NCBI GenBank assembly: GCA_002633005.1
Contig: NMRA01000355.1
Coordinates: 270,310 to 334,309 of the forward strand
DNA from: Phoronis australis
Taxonomy: Eukaryota; Animalia; Phoronida
Length of the DNA: 64,000 nucleotides
Reading direction: 5' to 3'
The position numbers and the translations under genes were made by a program. The notes below the pieces were generated by a model. That model ran no database searches, was not told the origin of the DNA, and saw only the letters and a program-made list of their open reading frames with translations. Of the stretch, positions 40,101-53,939 are shown piece after piece (the stretch's first letter is position 1; every line of letters starts with the position of its first letter).

Positions 40101-42010
40101 CCCTTGAAAATCAAAATTTAAAAAAGTGAAATTTCGGCAAGAAGACAATATTTTTGTACAAAATTGGTGAGATTTTATCATACTTATCTGTATCATTAGG
40201 CTTCTTTCAGTCTAGACATTCAGCATTCATGGAATGTACAAAAGGTTTTACACTAATTGTTCTCCTGCTTCAATGGTCATCACCATGACTACTTTCAGAG
40301 AGCCAAAACAAAGTAATTTGGACAGGAAATGTTAAGTTTTTCACAGAAAGTCATGTACTTCATGTAATGCACCAGATTAAATGTTGATTTTTACAGGGTT
40401 TTGTTGCTGATTGTCATGGGAACATGGACCACTCAAGGACTCCTTCTGTTGATATCTGCCCAAAGCGTAGAAAAAGCTGTAGAAAACAATGTCCACCGTC
40501 TCACTCAGCAGTTGGTACGTCACTTGTGAGGTCTGGTGTGTTTTTGTATTCAAAGCTATCTGTACTTTGTAAAAACAACTGCAGGGCTACCAACTGTTAT
40601 GGATTTATCTGTAATCTACTTACTTTTAGGGCCTAAAAATCACTACGTACGGATTTTCAAATGTTACGGATTTGAGCATTTATTTCTCTTCAAAATATCA
40701 GATGAAACTTAAAATTATGTTTAAACTCGTTTGTGTTTCAAATTGCCAGATCAGCGAAGATCGAGGTAGGAAGTACTTGAAAGTGACGGAAATTGTCGAG
40801 AATGCAAGATCCGGCCAATAAGACGTATCCTGACTACTAGTGTTGAATGCAATTTGCATACGAATTTCTCCTTTTGTGATTGGTGAATTGCAATTTTTTG
40901 TTAAGGACCGGCCTGTGAAAAATGTGCTTGTACTTGGTTTTGCATTGTGGGATATCCTATGCTTTGGAAATCGTCATGTAGAGAGCCAAATTTCGCAGAT
41001 GAATTAAATTGCACTTGGAGGACGGGAATGGAATTATCCGCTTTTAATGAAGCTCTCTTCAACACTGAGAACCGTGATGCCTACAACACCATTTTGGATC
41101 AGGAAATAAAAGATATCGGGGTTTGTGGGGCCATCACATTATGGGAAGAAAATGCTGGCAGCAAAAGCCAAAAAAACATCAGTGTGACGAGCTAAGTTAT
41201 TACGTAATAATTTTTTTTTAGTTAATCACGATTTGAAATTGAAAATTATTAAATTATTATTTTGGTATGTATTGATCCATCTTGCGATTGAAATGTAAAC
41301 TATCTGAATATGTTGGAAATCATGCAAGATTTCACTTGCAAAATAGGGATTTTTGCAGGAAGGTTACTGATTATGTCCTTGGAGAGATAATGAGTAATGA
41401 TTTTATGATGAATAGTGACTTCAGTTTCTCTGGTGGTAGTATCTGCTTGCATGCAGTTGCCATGACGTGGAATTCTGGGTCATTCTGTCTGGCTCTTTTC
41501 GGTGTGTGCTACATGTTGGGTTATTCAAGCGTTGCTGATAATTGTCTCCACAAGATTGTTTGTGTTGTGAATAATGATGGTGATAACTAAAGCAGAAGTA
41601 GTGTATTATATTAATGTGTTGACATTGGCCATTACATATTACATTTTTGTAATCATTATTTTTACTTTAATTATTCACGATACATACAATGATTGTATAA
41701 TATTGCTCAATATGCTATTATATATAAATAATATAAGACTCATCCATTCCATCTGCAGGGCACCCTAGTCACCACTGACCTGGATCTCTCCGTCTACGAT
41801 CATGTGCTTACATACTGGCGAGTACGCAGCCTTCCTCCCACCACCCACGGTACACTCACCGTTCTTGGACTCTTCCCTGTCCGCGATGTTGCCTACTACC
41901 TCCAGTACTACAGTCTACCAGTTCTGACTGCTCTAGTGACCCCTGTTGTCCAATTGGTGATTGCACTCAAGCACGTGTATAGTCAGCCCAAGTATGTGAA
42001 AGCGAGCTGA
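34154..42010 (+). CDS. Uncharacterised multi-pass membrane protein, 7 coding exons, 386 aa
   Basis: Exons 34154-34276, 35075-35237, 35835-36038, 37064-37203, 37812-37972, 40397-40514, 41759-42010; all GT-AG, phases match, 1161 nt open to TGA. Basic, disordered N-terminus, then ~4 hydrophobic segments. The ATG directly follows an acceptor, so an upstream exon exists. Confidence 0.85.
36145..36399. mobile_element. MITE CATGCGCGCACCCAG family, 5-bp TSD
   Basis: CATGCGCGCACCCAG...CTGGATGCGTGCATG; perfect TSD aggta. Confidence 0.8.
36405..36750 (+). mobile_element. Probable degenerate tRNA-derived SINE
   Basis: Degenerate A/B-box-like head (ttagtgtggg...gctcgattc) followed by a ~300-bp body. Confidence 0.35.
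38252..39833. mobile_element. 1.6-kb non-autonomous DNA transposon with 6-bp TSD (hAT6-like) in intron 5
   Basis: 13-bp perfect TIR CAAGGCTTGGAAT; TSD agaact (38246-38251, 39834-39839); subterminal ATTTCCTCTTTTTT at both ends. Confidence 0.75.
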
Positions 42011-42182
42011 TGCTGAGTATGAATTATGTGAGGTCAAAGGTCAAGCCTAGAAGTTCCCATGTGAGTTGCTGTTACTCGGTACATGTGACTTCAGATTCCT
42101 TGTGTTTGCTAAGTACGTAGGTGGTCATTTTTGCATCTTCCTAGAAGGTAGGCATTGTTCTGTTTTCAGCACTAGTTATTTG

Positions 42183-42251
42183 CAGGGGTGCCGGATTTTG
42201 AGACCCAGCCCGAGGCCTGTTATTCAGTAGTTCTCGGAATGCGGTACCCCT
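42183..42251. mobile_element. Tiny MITE-like inverted repeat
   Basis: CAGGGGTGCCG...CGGTACCCCT(A). Confidence 0.4.
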
Positions 42252-45200
42252 ATAGGGGACTGATGCCTTATTTTTTCACTGCCATATATGGAGGCTAGGA
42301 GACGTGGAGCATGTGCTGTGCAATAATAGGAGTGGAGAGCAAAGGACAGCATCCTATTAAAAGGGACAAATTCTTTAAGATGACACTTAGCAAAAAATTA
42401 TGATTCAAGAGTGGGCCGCGATGTAGGGTCTCCCTGTTGTTATCTTGTCTTTTAGTCAGTGTATTCTGTATTTGTGGATAGGGGTACCTGCTAACCCCAA
42501 AACTGGAATTTTGCTGTGTCCATTTCCTGGAGAATGGTTCATTAAGAATATAAGCTTTGGTATGTGTGTTGCACCTATTTGTACTTGTTCTTATAATTGT
42601 TACATTGGCATGTCTGACATTCACGTTGTCATACCTGTATGCCATTGGCACCTGACTAGTCGATGGTTAAAGTCTGTATTTATTTAAGCTGTACAGTTGT
42701 TGTTTTGTTGTTGTTGTTGTTTTTTATGGTATTTGCAAAGTTAGTCGCTGTTGACAGGTGTCATTGAACGACCATGCGTTTATCACATACAATGTCTAAT
42801 GGATGCTGTCTCGTTCATTGAAATCTGTTGTTTCAATACCAATGCTGATCAACTTAGAAACAACAGAGGGCTTGTTTTGCGAAAGCAACTTGTCTGCAAT
42901 CTTTGAAGTTCACAGTTTTTAATATAAAGTATTTTTTTTCTACTTTGAAACTTTTGACTTACTCTCAGTCTGTTTGAAAAGAAAATTACTTTGGACCAAT
43001 TTGAGTTCACCAACTCAATTCAATCTGTCATATACTTGGGTTCACATTTAATTGATAAAACATAATTTGTAGGTGTAGAAAATACATTTGTTGAGGTCAC
43101 ATGACATCTGATCCTGAGAAAAACCTGAAAAACGGTTTTTAGGTGCACGCAAAGTGGGGTCTTATTCTCTTTTAGTAATTGGGTTTGTAAGTACAATTCT
43201 TAACATGGTATGCGAATTGTTTATTTCCGACACGGTGCTATTGATCTGTAAACATGTGTCGCAGATCATCTGCGAAATCTTGAATCTGTAGTAGCCCTGA
43301 TGTAATTGCATTTTGTCATTTCCTTTTATCCATTCTTGAGATTTTTCGGAGGGACCAAGTCAACTTGTTATCTTTCTTGTGCCCTTGTGATCAACACCGT
43401 GGAAGAGTCCGTACCTTCTCAGTACAATGTTGCAGAACTGAGAAGATAAGCAAGGGTCATACTTTTGTCTATTTTTTGGAATGGGTTGCATTCGTGAGAG
43501 CAGTGATGAAAGGGTTATAATTAAAAGTGTTGGTGTCAAACGAGACGGGACCTGTGTTTGAAGCTTATGTGTTGTCAACAACCTCTTGCAGTACTGCTGC
43601 AAGACCTGATGTTTCCTGTTGCGGTGCGTCGACATCTGTGGAATGTGTTGGATTTTTTTTTAACTACCATCCGTTCACTGTGTGGTGTTTCTATCTCATG
43701 TTATATCTGCGCCAATGATGCTAGAAAATTATTCACTGCAACCTTAAGGAAATTTCCAGAAAAAATCACCCAGCCCATCAGTTTTGAGATGCACACGAAA
43801 TGAAAACTTGGCCTACACAGTTTTAAACTTATCATCTACTTTGGACCATATCACTTCTGTCTTAAAATATTTCTTTTACCACATGTGGTGAGATTGATGA
43901 GCTGTTTGATGATACTGAGCAATATTCAGCAATCAATAATAAGGTCAAATTTAGAAGTTAATATGTAGGTGCACGTAGTTTGAATATATTGCATGGTGAA
44001 ATCTTGCTTGGCGTGTGAGGTAATCTTTTATGATGGAAGATAGAATTGGATGGATTAATGTTGACAGTGGCTCTGGATTTAAAACTAGAATGTGGGCTTT
44101 CTTGATTTGCTGATGATTTCGTAGTTGTTATTTCAGTGAAGTTCTTGAGGCTGTTATGATACTTTCGACATGTCATAGATCATGGTTCCATAATACATGC
44201 TTGGTAGTTGCAAACATTCGACAGCTGTCAAACATCTTCTTTTTCTCCAAATTTGTCAGTTTTGATCTCTTGATTTAACATCGCTCTTGTGCACTTTTGA
44301 GCTAGATTGACGTGGTCAAGTTTTGATATTATAATATATAATACTCCTAGCTAGATGTTTTCAACTGGCCAAGGCATGCATCACAAACACCCACTACTGC
44401 TCCTCCAAGCCCGTAGTAAGGGTCCATTTATCAGTGTGTATCGGATTTGTTCCTCAATCAAGCTTCCCTTAAAATAAATGCAACTGCTGCCACTAATGCT
44501 GGAATAATTTAAGACCATGATTAATTAGAAGAATACGTTTATTAAAAAAGCCATTGCTCAATACAAGCATATCGCACAAAACAAATTGACGACAACTGAC
44601 CAGGGCAAGCCTGATCACTTGGAACACTCAGACCTGCATGACCAATACTACAGAAACTGGTTTGAAAAGCCCGTGGACGCCATCAACGGCAACGAGTTGG
44701 TCTGGCTTTCATGAGAGCCAATTCCCACAATTCATAGTGAGACACCTCAAAACACGGGGCAGTGCCCATTTAAGAATGGCTAATGACAAATTACATGACT
44801 GTTGAGACAGCAATTATACACATTTCACCAAATTCGTACGTTACTCATCATGGCCAAAAATGGTGCAAAGGGCTGTCACAACATGACTTCCAAGGCATTT
44901 TCAACAAACAGCTGAGTGAACCATTAACAAAAAGAGTACAACAAAGAATGTACATAGGAAAACAGCTATGCACAGCCCATTTACGACAATAGTTCAACTT
45001 GTCATGTGAACTTATATAGCGCTATTAAACAGAAGTGTCATTGTCTATTGTCCATTTGTTCACCACAGTTCAACGAGTTTGACAACGTCCTCTGTTCTGG
45101 TGTTGCTCACAGTTGTGCTTAAGTCTCTGCACATCATTTTGCAGGCCATATTTCAACGCTGATCACAATGCACAGAAGCACTCATAGCAGCAGAGACTTG

Positions 45201-45789
45201 ACTCTCTTTTTCCTGAGAAGTGTCCGAACGCATTCAACATCATGACTGTTACATGTCCAACACCCGACACGTCGATCTCTGCACACTGAACGTTGAATGC
45301 ATTTGCATATTTGTTTGCTGCATGAATGCGTCTACTATTGATTGCTGTGTACAGAAATTCCTCCTCCTGTGTTTTGGCCTTTTTAATTCTTGTACTTGAA
45401 AAGCAGACGCTCACGAGTAAATCATGTACTTCCATGATTGGCTAAACGAACTACACATAACACAGTGAAGGAAGCGAGAAGCCCTTAATATCGAAGTGGG
45501 AAGCATTCATTAACTACAGCACATAGTATCCAGTTCAGCATATGTTCACAACCAAATGATTGCAGAGAGCTCAGATAGCTCATTGGACTGTGTATATACA
45601 TTTGATGGATCCCTTCAGTCAACGAGACGACAGCGGCTACATGTAGATGCAGTCTGTATAACTGAAACAGTCTTGTAGGCTCGGGTCTTACTGCGTATGT
45701 TAATTTAACGACGCCCCTCGCCAGAAGTATTCGAAGTTCCGTCCAGAAGTGTATGTATACTCAGTTGGGGTCAGGGTGATGATACATAG

Positions 45790-48540
45790 GTCACTTTGCC
45801 AGCCACTCGCTGCCTACTATTACATAGTGTGGACCATGATGCAACAAGACATCCCACGATGCTCTATTGCTGCCCACTACTACATCATTTATAGTGTGGA
45901 CCTAGCAGCAAGACATATTTCACTATGCAATATTACTGCCCAGTAATACACGGTTGCATAGTGTGGACCTCGCAGCAAGACATATTCCATGATGCACTAT
46001 TGCTACCCACTACTACACAGTTGCATAGTGTGTACTTCATAGCACAGCACATTTACAAAGTACTATTGCTGCCCACTACTACACACTTGCATAGTGTGGA
46101 CCTTGCAGCAAGACATATTCCATGATGCACTATTGCTACCCACTACTACATAGTTACATAGTGTGTACTTCGTAGCACAGCACATTTATGAAGTACTATT
46201 GCTGCCCACTACTACATGGTTGCATAGTGTGGACCTCGCAGCAAGACATATTCCATGATGCACTATTGCTACCCACTACTACATAGTTACATAGTGTGTA
46301 CTTCGTAGCACAGCACATTTATGAAGTACTATTGCTGCCCACTACTACATGGTTACATAGTGTGGATCTTGCAGCAAGACATTCCATGATGCAATATTGC
46401 TGCCCACTACTACATGGTTACATAGTGTGGACCTCGCAGCAAGACATATTCCATGATGCAATANCTCGTAGCACAGTATATTCCACAAAGCACTGTTGCT
46501 ACCCACTACTACACGATTTATAGTGTGGACCTTGCAGCAAGACAATTCCACGATGCAATATTGCTGCCCACTACTACATGGTTACATAGTGTGGACCTCA
46601 CAGCAAGACGTTCTAGCATACAATATTGCTGCCCACATACAGTGTTGCATAGTGTGGACCTCGGAGCAAGACATTCCAAGATGCACTATTGCTACCCACT
46701 AGTACACTGTAGCATAGTGTGGACCTCGTAGCACAGTATATTCCACAAAGCACTGTTGCTACCCACTACTACACGATTTATAGTGTGGACCTAGCAGCAA
46801 GACGTATTCCACAATGCAATATTGCTGCCCACTACTACATGGTTACATAGTGTGGACCTCGCAGCAAAACATATTCCACGATGCAATATTGCTGCCCACA
46901 ACTACATGGTTACATAGTGTGGACCTCGCAGCAAGACATATTCCACGATGCAATATTGCTGCCCACTAGTACCCAGTGTGGACCATGCAGCAAGACATTC
47001 TACAATGCTCTATTGCTGCCCACTACTACACCGTAGCATAGTGTGGACCTTGTAGCACAGTATATTCCACAAAGCACTGTTGCTACCCACTACTACACGA
47101 TTTATAGTGTGGACCTAGCAGCAAGACCTATTCCACAATGCAATATTGCTGCCCACAACTACACGGTTGCATAGTGTGGACCTCGCAGCAAGACATGTTC
47201 CATGATGCACTATTGCTACCCACTACTACATAGTTGCATAGTGTGTACTTCGTAGCACAGCACATTTATGAAGTACTATTGCTGCCCACTACTACACACT
47301 TGCATAGTGTGGACCTTGCAGCAAGACATATTCCAAGATGCAATATTGCTGCCCACTACTACATGTACATGGTTGCATTGCAAGACACAGTAGCATAGTG
47401 TGGACCTCGTAGCACAGTATATTTCACGAAGCACTGTTGCTGCCCACTTCTACACGATTCATAGTGTGGACCTTGCAGCAAGACATGTTCCACGATGCAA
47501 TATTGCTGCCCACTACTACAGGGTTACATAGTGTGGACCTCGCAGCAAGACATATTCTAGCATACAATATTGCTGCCCACAATTACAGTGTTGTATATTG
47601 TGGACCTCGGAGCAAGACATTCCAAGATGCACTATTGCTACCCACTACTACACTGTAGCATAGTGTGGACCTCGTAGCACAGTATATTCCACAAAGCACT
47701 GTTGCTACCCACTACTACACGATTTATAGTGTGGACCTAGCAGCAAAACATCCCACGATGCAATATTGCTGCCCACTACTACACGGTTACATAGTGTGGA
47801 CCTCGCAGCATGACATATTCCATGATGCACTATTGCTACCCACTACTACATAGTTGCATAGTGTGTACTTCGTAGCACAGCACATTTATGAAGTACTATT
47901 GCTGCCCACTACTACACCCTTGCATAGTGTGGACCTTGCAGCAAGACATATTCCACGATGCAATATTGCTGCCCACTACTACATTGTACATGGTTGCATA
48001 GCAAGACACAGTAGCATAGTGTGGACCTCGTAGCACAGTATATTCCATGAAGCACTGTTGCTACCCACTACTACACGATTTACAGTGTGGACCTTGCAGC
48101 AAGACATGTTCCACGATGCACTTTTGCTGCCCACTACTACACACTTGCATAGTGTGGACCTTACAGCAAAACATATTCCATGATGCAATATTGCTCTCCA
48201 CTACTACATGGTTACATAGTGTGGACCTCGCAGCAAAACATAATCCATGATGCAATATTGCTGCCCACTACTACATGGTTACATAGTGTGGACCTTGCAG
48301 CAAGACAATTCCACGATGCAATATTGCTGCCCTCTACTACATGGTTACATAGTGTGGACCTGGCAGCAAGAGATATTCCACGATGCAATATTGCTGCCCA
48401 CTACTACACGCTTGCGTAGTGTGGACTGAGCAGCAAGACATAAGCCACGAATCGCTATTGCTGTCCTCTATTACATCATTGCATCGTGGGTACCTAGCAG
48501 CAAGACATTAGCCAAGAATCACTATTGCTGCCCACTACTA
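45790..48540. repeat. Satellite array of ~66-67-bp units (~40 copies) with higher-order structure
   Basis: Consensus atagtgtggacctcgcagcaagacatattccatgatgcaatattgctgcccactactacatggttac; N junction at 46464. Confidence 0.95.
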
Positions 48541-48779
48541 AACCATTTTAGTATCATTGACTGGTACTGTCTCAACTTATACTATTTTTTTAAGTTTGAT
48601 ATTTTTATGGCCCAAATTAGCATTCTAAACAGTGTAGTTAAACTAGAGCTTTACAAAATGGTGGAATGCGCTGACAAATGGGATTGCAAATGGTAGAAGT
48701 CCAACAGGTGTTTACGGTCTTTAGATGTCACCTTAATAATTTTTAGTTGATATCCCAGACTTTGGAATCGTCATCAAGT

Positions 48780-49560
48780 GTCGAATTAGTTTGAAAATCG
48801 ACTTGGTTAGGAAACTCCACATCGAGAATAGGTCTGATACATTCTAAAATTTGCAAGGCAGTCAATTCGTAAATAATCATCAGCTGACAAGAAGTACCTA
48901 GCCATGAATTGAAACTGCCAACAGGTGGAGTTGCAGTTGTCTGAATTGTGTGATAATCAACTACTACCAGCAAGTCCTTAATGAAAACAACTTTAAGTTT
49001 CATCAATATCTGTAAGGCACTTTCAGAAAAAGCTGACAAGTTGTACATATCCAAAATTTGAATTGTCAGGTGGCGCTACGTTTGTAGGAATCCTCCAGAG
49101 TCGATTGTACATGTAACTGGCAAGTGCCCACCAGGAACAGCTGTGTCAAATTTCAACAAAGTCTACAAAATGGTCTTGGAAGTAATCAGCTGACAAGTAG
49201 TGCATTGTCTAAATTTGAAATCAGTGACACCTGCAGATAGCACAGTCGGAATTACGGGAAAGTCAGTTGGTGCTGGCATCCCACAAGTAAACTTTGTGCA
49301 AAATTTAATTCGCCTAGCCATTTTGGACAAAATATCTAGACAATGATTGGGAACCGTCAAGCTCCTTTCTCCGCTTCCCACTCGTAATCAAGATTTTAGT
49401 AAAATCTCCAGAGTCGTTATGCAGAAAGCAATTCAGACGAGTATTTAACTACCAATACTAGTTGGCCATTTGAAGGAACTGGGGTAGTCGAAATCATCTG
49501 AAAGTCGACTAGTGCTGGCATCTCAACAAGCAACCTTAGTGGAAAAATATCAGCAATTAA
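48780..49560. repeat. Old diverged tandem repeat, ~313-bp period
   Basis: ctccagagtcg at ~49094 and ~49406; atcagctgacaag at ~48879 and ~49186. Confidence 0.5.
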
Positions 49561-52040
49561 AATCCACCAAGCCCTTTTGGAAAGGTCCTGACTATGAAGG
49601 ATGAACGCCAGATGGACCCGACTACAATATGCATCCACCCACCAGTGTGTGGGGACGCAAGAATCGATAAACACAATGTAAATTTTAGAATCTTCACCTT
49701 TCAAATCACCTTCACTAGAGAGAGACAACACTTATTTCAATGTTTAAAAGAAAAAGTGGCCGAGGATCATACTTACCTACGATTTTAAAATCCGTGTGAG
49801 TCACACTCTTAAGGATATTTAGGACAGTAGACTACTATATTTTTCAATATAATTTAAATATTTGTGTTAAGGCAATGAAATTCACTAAGACATTAGAAAA
49901 ATTGCCCAGATTAGTAGTAAAATCTTGGCAGTGGTGTGACGTCGTCCGTTTTGGTTAAAAATGGTGCCGTACAAAATCTATGAGCCACGGCTTTGAACTT
50001 TTAAGTTTGTTTTGAAGACATGAGGTTTCAAAAATCAAGAATTGAAAAAATTACAAAAATTTGGAAACGGTTTTGAAAGCTTATTTCTCAGAATCTAAAA
50101 TCTTTGATGTATTGCAATTGTCTGCATGAACTCCAAAAAGCTATCTTTAACTTTTACGTTATATAATTCCAAAATCAAGGTTTTCAACGAAAAATCATGT
50201 TATCAACTATAAAGTGAGGTCATGATGAACACAACAGTGAAAACGTAGGAATACGCAATCATTCTTTTTCCCCAAAATGGTTTGAATTAATTTGAAAAAT
50301 GCAGCTGGAAGCAAGTCGCATTTTACACTGGTATTCCCGAATCCCTGTACACTCGCTTTACTTTGTTTTTTGAGAGCGCTGGCTGTCAAGATCCGGGTAG
50401 TGTCGTCAGATGTGCCGGATCCTCGACAGGAGACACTCACCAAAACAGAGTGGTCCCCTGCCATGTCTTCCACCTCGGACATATCGTCCATGGTTAATGC
50501 ACGTGCTATTCTGTCATCACATCAGCTCTCCTTTCCGGCAACTGGAAGGGGAAAACATTTCCATAGTAACACTACATAATTACTATTTGATGTGCTATGC
50601 GTTTCACTTGACAAAAAGATTAAGTGGATTTTGTATGATTAATATTAATGATTTTGAAATATGTTGATGAGTACTAAAAACTGACTTTATTGACCAAGAA
50701 ATGCTTTGATCTTCGTCCAATACGAAGAATACTTGTCTAATTCTTTACCCAAAATCCTAATTTGCATGTCAAAGGAGCAATCACTTAAATCATTTAATAA
50801 GTTGTACACTACCTTACGTCACCTCTCAGAAAACATGTACTTTTAAACTAGAAAAAAGAAAATGAAATGATTACAATTTTGTGTTCGTACTTGCCCTTCT
50901 TTTCCTGTTCCTGGCCGCGTTCTTAGTCTTGTTCTCATTTTTGTGCAGGGGTTTGCTTCAAATTTTTTGGTAGGTAAAGATATTGCGTATCGCACCTACA
51001 AAATACATGAAAATTAAAGTGGGCTGTGCTTCATATTTAAAACTAATCTGTTGTGTACAAGGGGGAATACTTCAATAAAATAACCAACATATCAGCCCTG
51101 CATTTCTTTAGTGTCATTCTAGAAAACTTTGAATTGCATTTTTATCACTATACATACACACACAAGACGTACAGAGAGCGGCGTACATGAAGTAATATCC
51201 CACAAGACATTATTCCGCGTATCGGCCGAGACCTTCGTTTTGTATTTATCCCATACGCTTCAAATTCCTAAGTTTTTTCGCAGATTTTTTAAATAGACTA
51301 CTTCAGTGAGACTGTTCACGTGACGGATCACATCCTATATGTATGTACTTGCGCGTTAGGTTGCAAGTTTTCTCTAGTAAAAGAAACAATTTTAAATGTA
51401 ACGATTCATTACTTGAAAAGCGATAACAAAGATAAAAACAACGCTAACTTTGCACTGAACTTGTATCATCTCCTGAAAACAGTTAAATAACAGTATTTGA
51501 TATTGTAGTTACCGAGGAATCGGCGCCTGAGTTGCCGACGATATAATGTTTAGCAAATGAAAACTGAGACAGAACTGTCGTGTAATTAAAAGTCTTGTTC
51601 CAGATGTTACGATTGAGACCTGATTGTATGTTAAGTGTTATTTACACGGCTACACTTGTATTACTTTAAACTATTTTCCAAAAGTTTGATGATCTAAACT
51701 GCTAACGACGTCGACTCGACATTGACCTACCTTTTGAACTTTCCATGTCAGAAGTCACTGCTGAAGTAGTGCGGGAGGTGAATACGGAAAACATTATTAC
51801 ATGGCCGCATTTTCCTCGACAGATTCAACGCGTATGGGATAAATTATTTTCTTGCACACTTATGATTGTTTTGTTGTGAATTTGATAAAGTGGAATAAGA
51901 AATTACATAATGATCATAAACATGCTTGTTTGATAAGTTAATCAAGGTGACTTAGTTACCAGCAAGAGATCGGAAAGGTTGACTTTTAAACTTTGCCACT
52001 TGCCTAAAACCTGATATAAGCTCTTACAAATAATTTTCAC

Positions 52041-53610
52041 CATGTACACGTGTAGTGTACATAAGAGCAATACATAAAATGTAAACGCCGAATCCTCCAA
52101 CAAAGATGTGACCGCGACCATTTACAAATTGGTCCCCAGAGATGCTTTAATGACTCTGAATCAACCAAACCTGTTGTAGATAAGTCGTTACCATTCCATT
52201 TATTAAAACGTCTATTAAGACAAAAGTAAGTAAAGACATAATTATTTGTCAGCACAACAAGTCCAGCATCTAAGTAAATGCCACTGGACGTCAGTTGGAA
52301 GTGTCAATGAAATGATTTCTTAGCAATGGAAAATAATTAAAAACGTGCTAATCGACTGAGGCAAAACGCCATCCGTGCACTTCCATGATTTATCGTGATT
52401 GCACGTTCCATACGTACCGCATTTGAATCGTACACAGAAATGGTTATCCGACAGTTTTATGACGATCAGCGCCGGGTCCGACCACGCTGGGCATCGTTTT
52501 GAGCACTTTAGTCTCGAAAAATGCGCACTGCGTCGCCCTCCGTACAATTAAATTTCCTGGCCTTTTGGTCTCGCTTAGATCGTTTTGTTTTTATCCAAAT
52601 TGTTCCTGTCTACACGTTGCGCCGCCTGCAGCATGCCATCTTCCAATTCACTCAAAGTCATGGGGCAACCGGTCCACTCTGCTGCGGACGAGGATAAACC
52701 AGTTCCACCGGCTGGGTCACCGCACGACCCACCATTAATATAATGGGGGAGTAACACGTCGTACGGTTTATCGTAGAGGGTGTAGCTCCGACAATCTGGG
52801 GCAAGCATATCCCAGACAGTCTGATGCTCGCTTACAAAACACCGTAGGGCGTTCTAGGCGGTGTGATTTCCCCTTTCCACCGCGCCGTTCCCATTCCGAT
52901 GTGGTCTTAGACATGTGGTGTGCGGCAACGTCCACGCTTTCCTGAAAAGTTCGTTTTGGAAATTGGCTCCCCCGTCAGAATGTATTTGTAACGGGCAGCT
53001 AAACCTACTGAAACACAGGCCTTAGCCACCGTCACCGTGCGCGAAATTCAAATCCTGTATTTCTCAAGTGAACATAAGTGGCCCTACAAATATTAATTGT
53101 TTTGATTTCAATTCAAAACAGTCTATTACGGTGTTGTCAACAAAATCAACGATACACAATTTATGCTTGCTGATTCCAAAATTGTCTTACACACTTCGAT
53201 ATGATTCCTGGTTGGCTAGCAAGCACATACTAAGTGGAAAGGGTTTTCCTTTCGACAGTTAATGTCCGCTCCTTGTTTAGCCAAGGTTTCACACAGTCTC
53301 TGAAATTGAACAAAGTTGAATTCTTACACTGAATTGCATTTAAGTGAAAACTAGCAGTCCCCGGCAGTTTTAGAGAAAACGGCAGTAGAAAATTGCAGGG
53401 TAGGTACTAGTCAGAAAAAGTCGCAAGAGATGAGTGCGAAGACATTTCTTGGTGTAAAGTTCAATGACTCTAGGCCCTACCTCAAATGTGGACGAGTCAT
53501 ACGAAAACGAGCTCTGAAGTCTCTTGAAAAAATGTGGCACTGTTTTCTCCACATTTTCTTGAATTTTAGTTGTTCTTCGCCTTGTTGCCCAAGAGCTTTC
53601 AAGGCAGCAT
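52041..53610 (-). pseudogene. Degenerate intron-containing PIF/Harbinger transposase
   Basis: Exon-like blocks 53610-53481 (ENVEKTVP..DFRARFRMTR.TFE), 53299-53191 (LANQESYRS) and 52211-52041 (TG..DS..; H..EDSAF), bounded by AG/GT; frameshifted. Confidence 0.7.
52340..53045 (-). mobile_element. Gypsy integrase fragment (degenerate) inserted in the Harbinger element
   Basis: FSRFSCPLQIHSDGGANFQNELF, GNGAVERGN, FVSEHQTVWD, ILMVGRAVTQPVELVY, WSDPALIVIKLSD. Confidence 0.8.
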
Positions 53611-53733
53611 CTGAAAAACAACCGTGGTATAATATAACAATATCGCGTAGTAAAATTAGCTGGAAGATAACAGCAGTTAATGTATGTTTCAGCCTACTCT
53701 AAATGTCCTTGTAATTAACATATACTTCGATAA

Positions 53734-53939
53734 AGACACGACTAGACTTTTTGTTAGCGATCTTGATACTGGTACGCTAGTAATTCCGGAACTGTCTCCC
53801 TCCTATCTTCTGGTGTGCAGGAATGAAGTAAAACACCGAGAGACATAGCAAACCAAACAAAAACTGTAGCTACATTTCGTGACTTCGTGTTAAGAACGTA
53901 CCAGTATCAAGCTCGCTAACAAAAATTCTAGTCGTGTCT
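53734..53939. mobile_element. Kolobok-like MITE
   Basis: ~43-bp TIRs AGACACGACTAGA...CTGGTACG; (A/T)TAA and TTAA flanks. Confidence 0.75.

Noticed and set aside
45749-48429. Many Cys/His-rich repetitive ORFs
   Set aside because: Translations of a satellite whose units vary in length and are often not multiples of three, with frequent stops.
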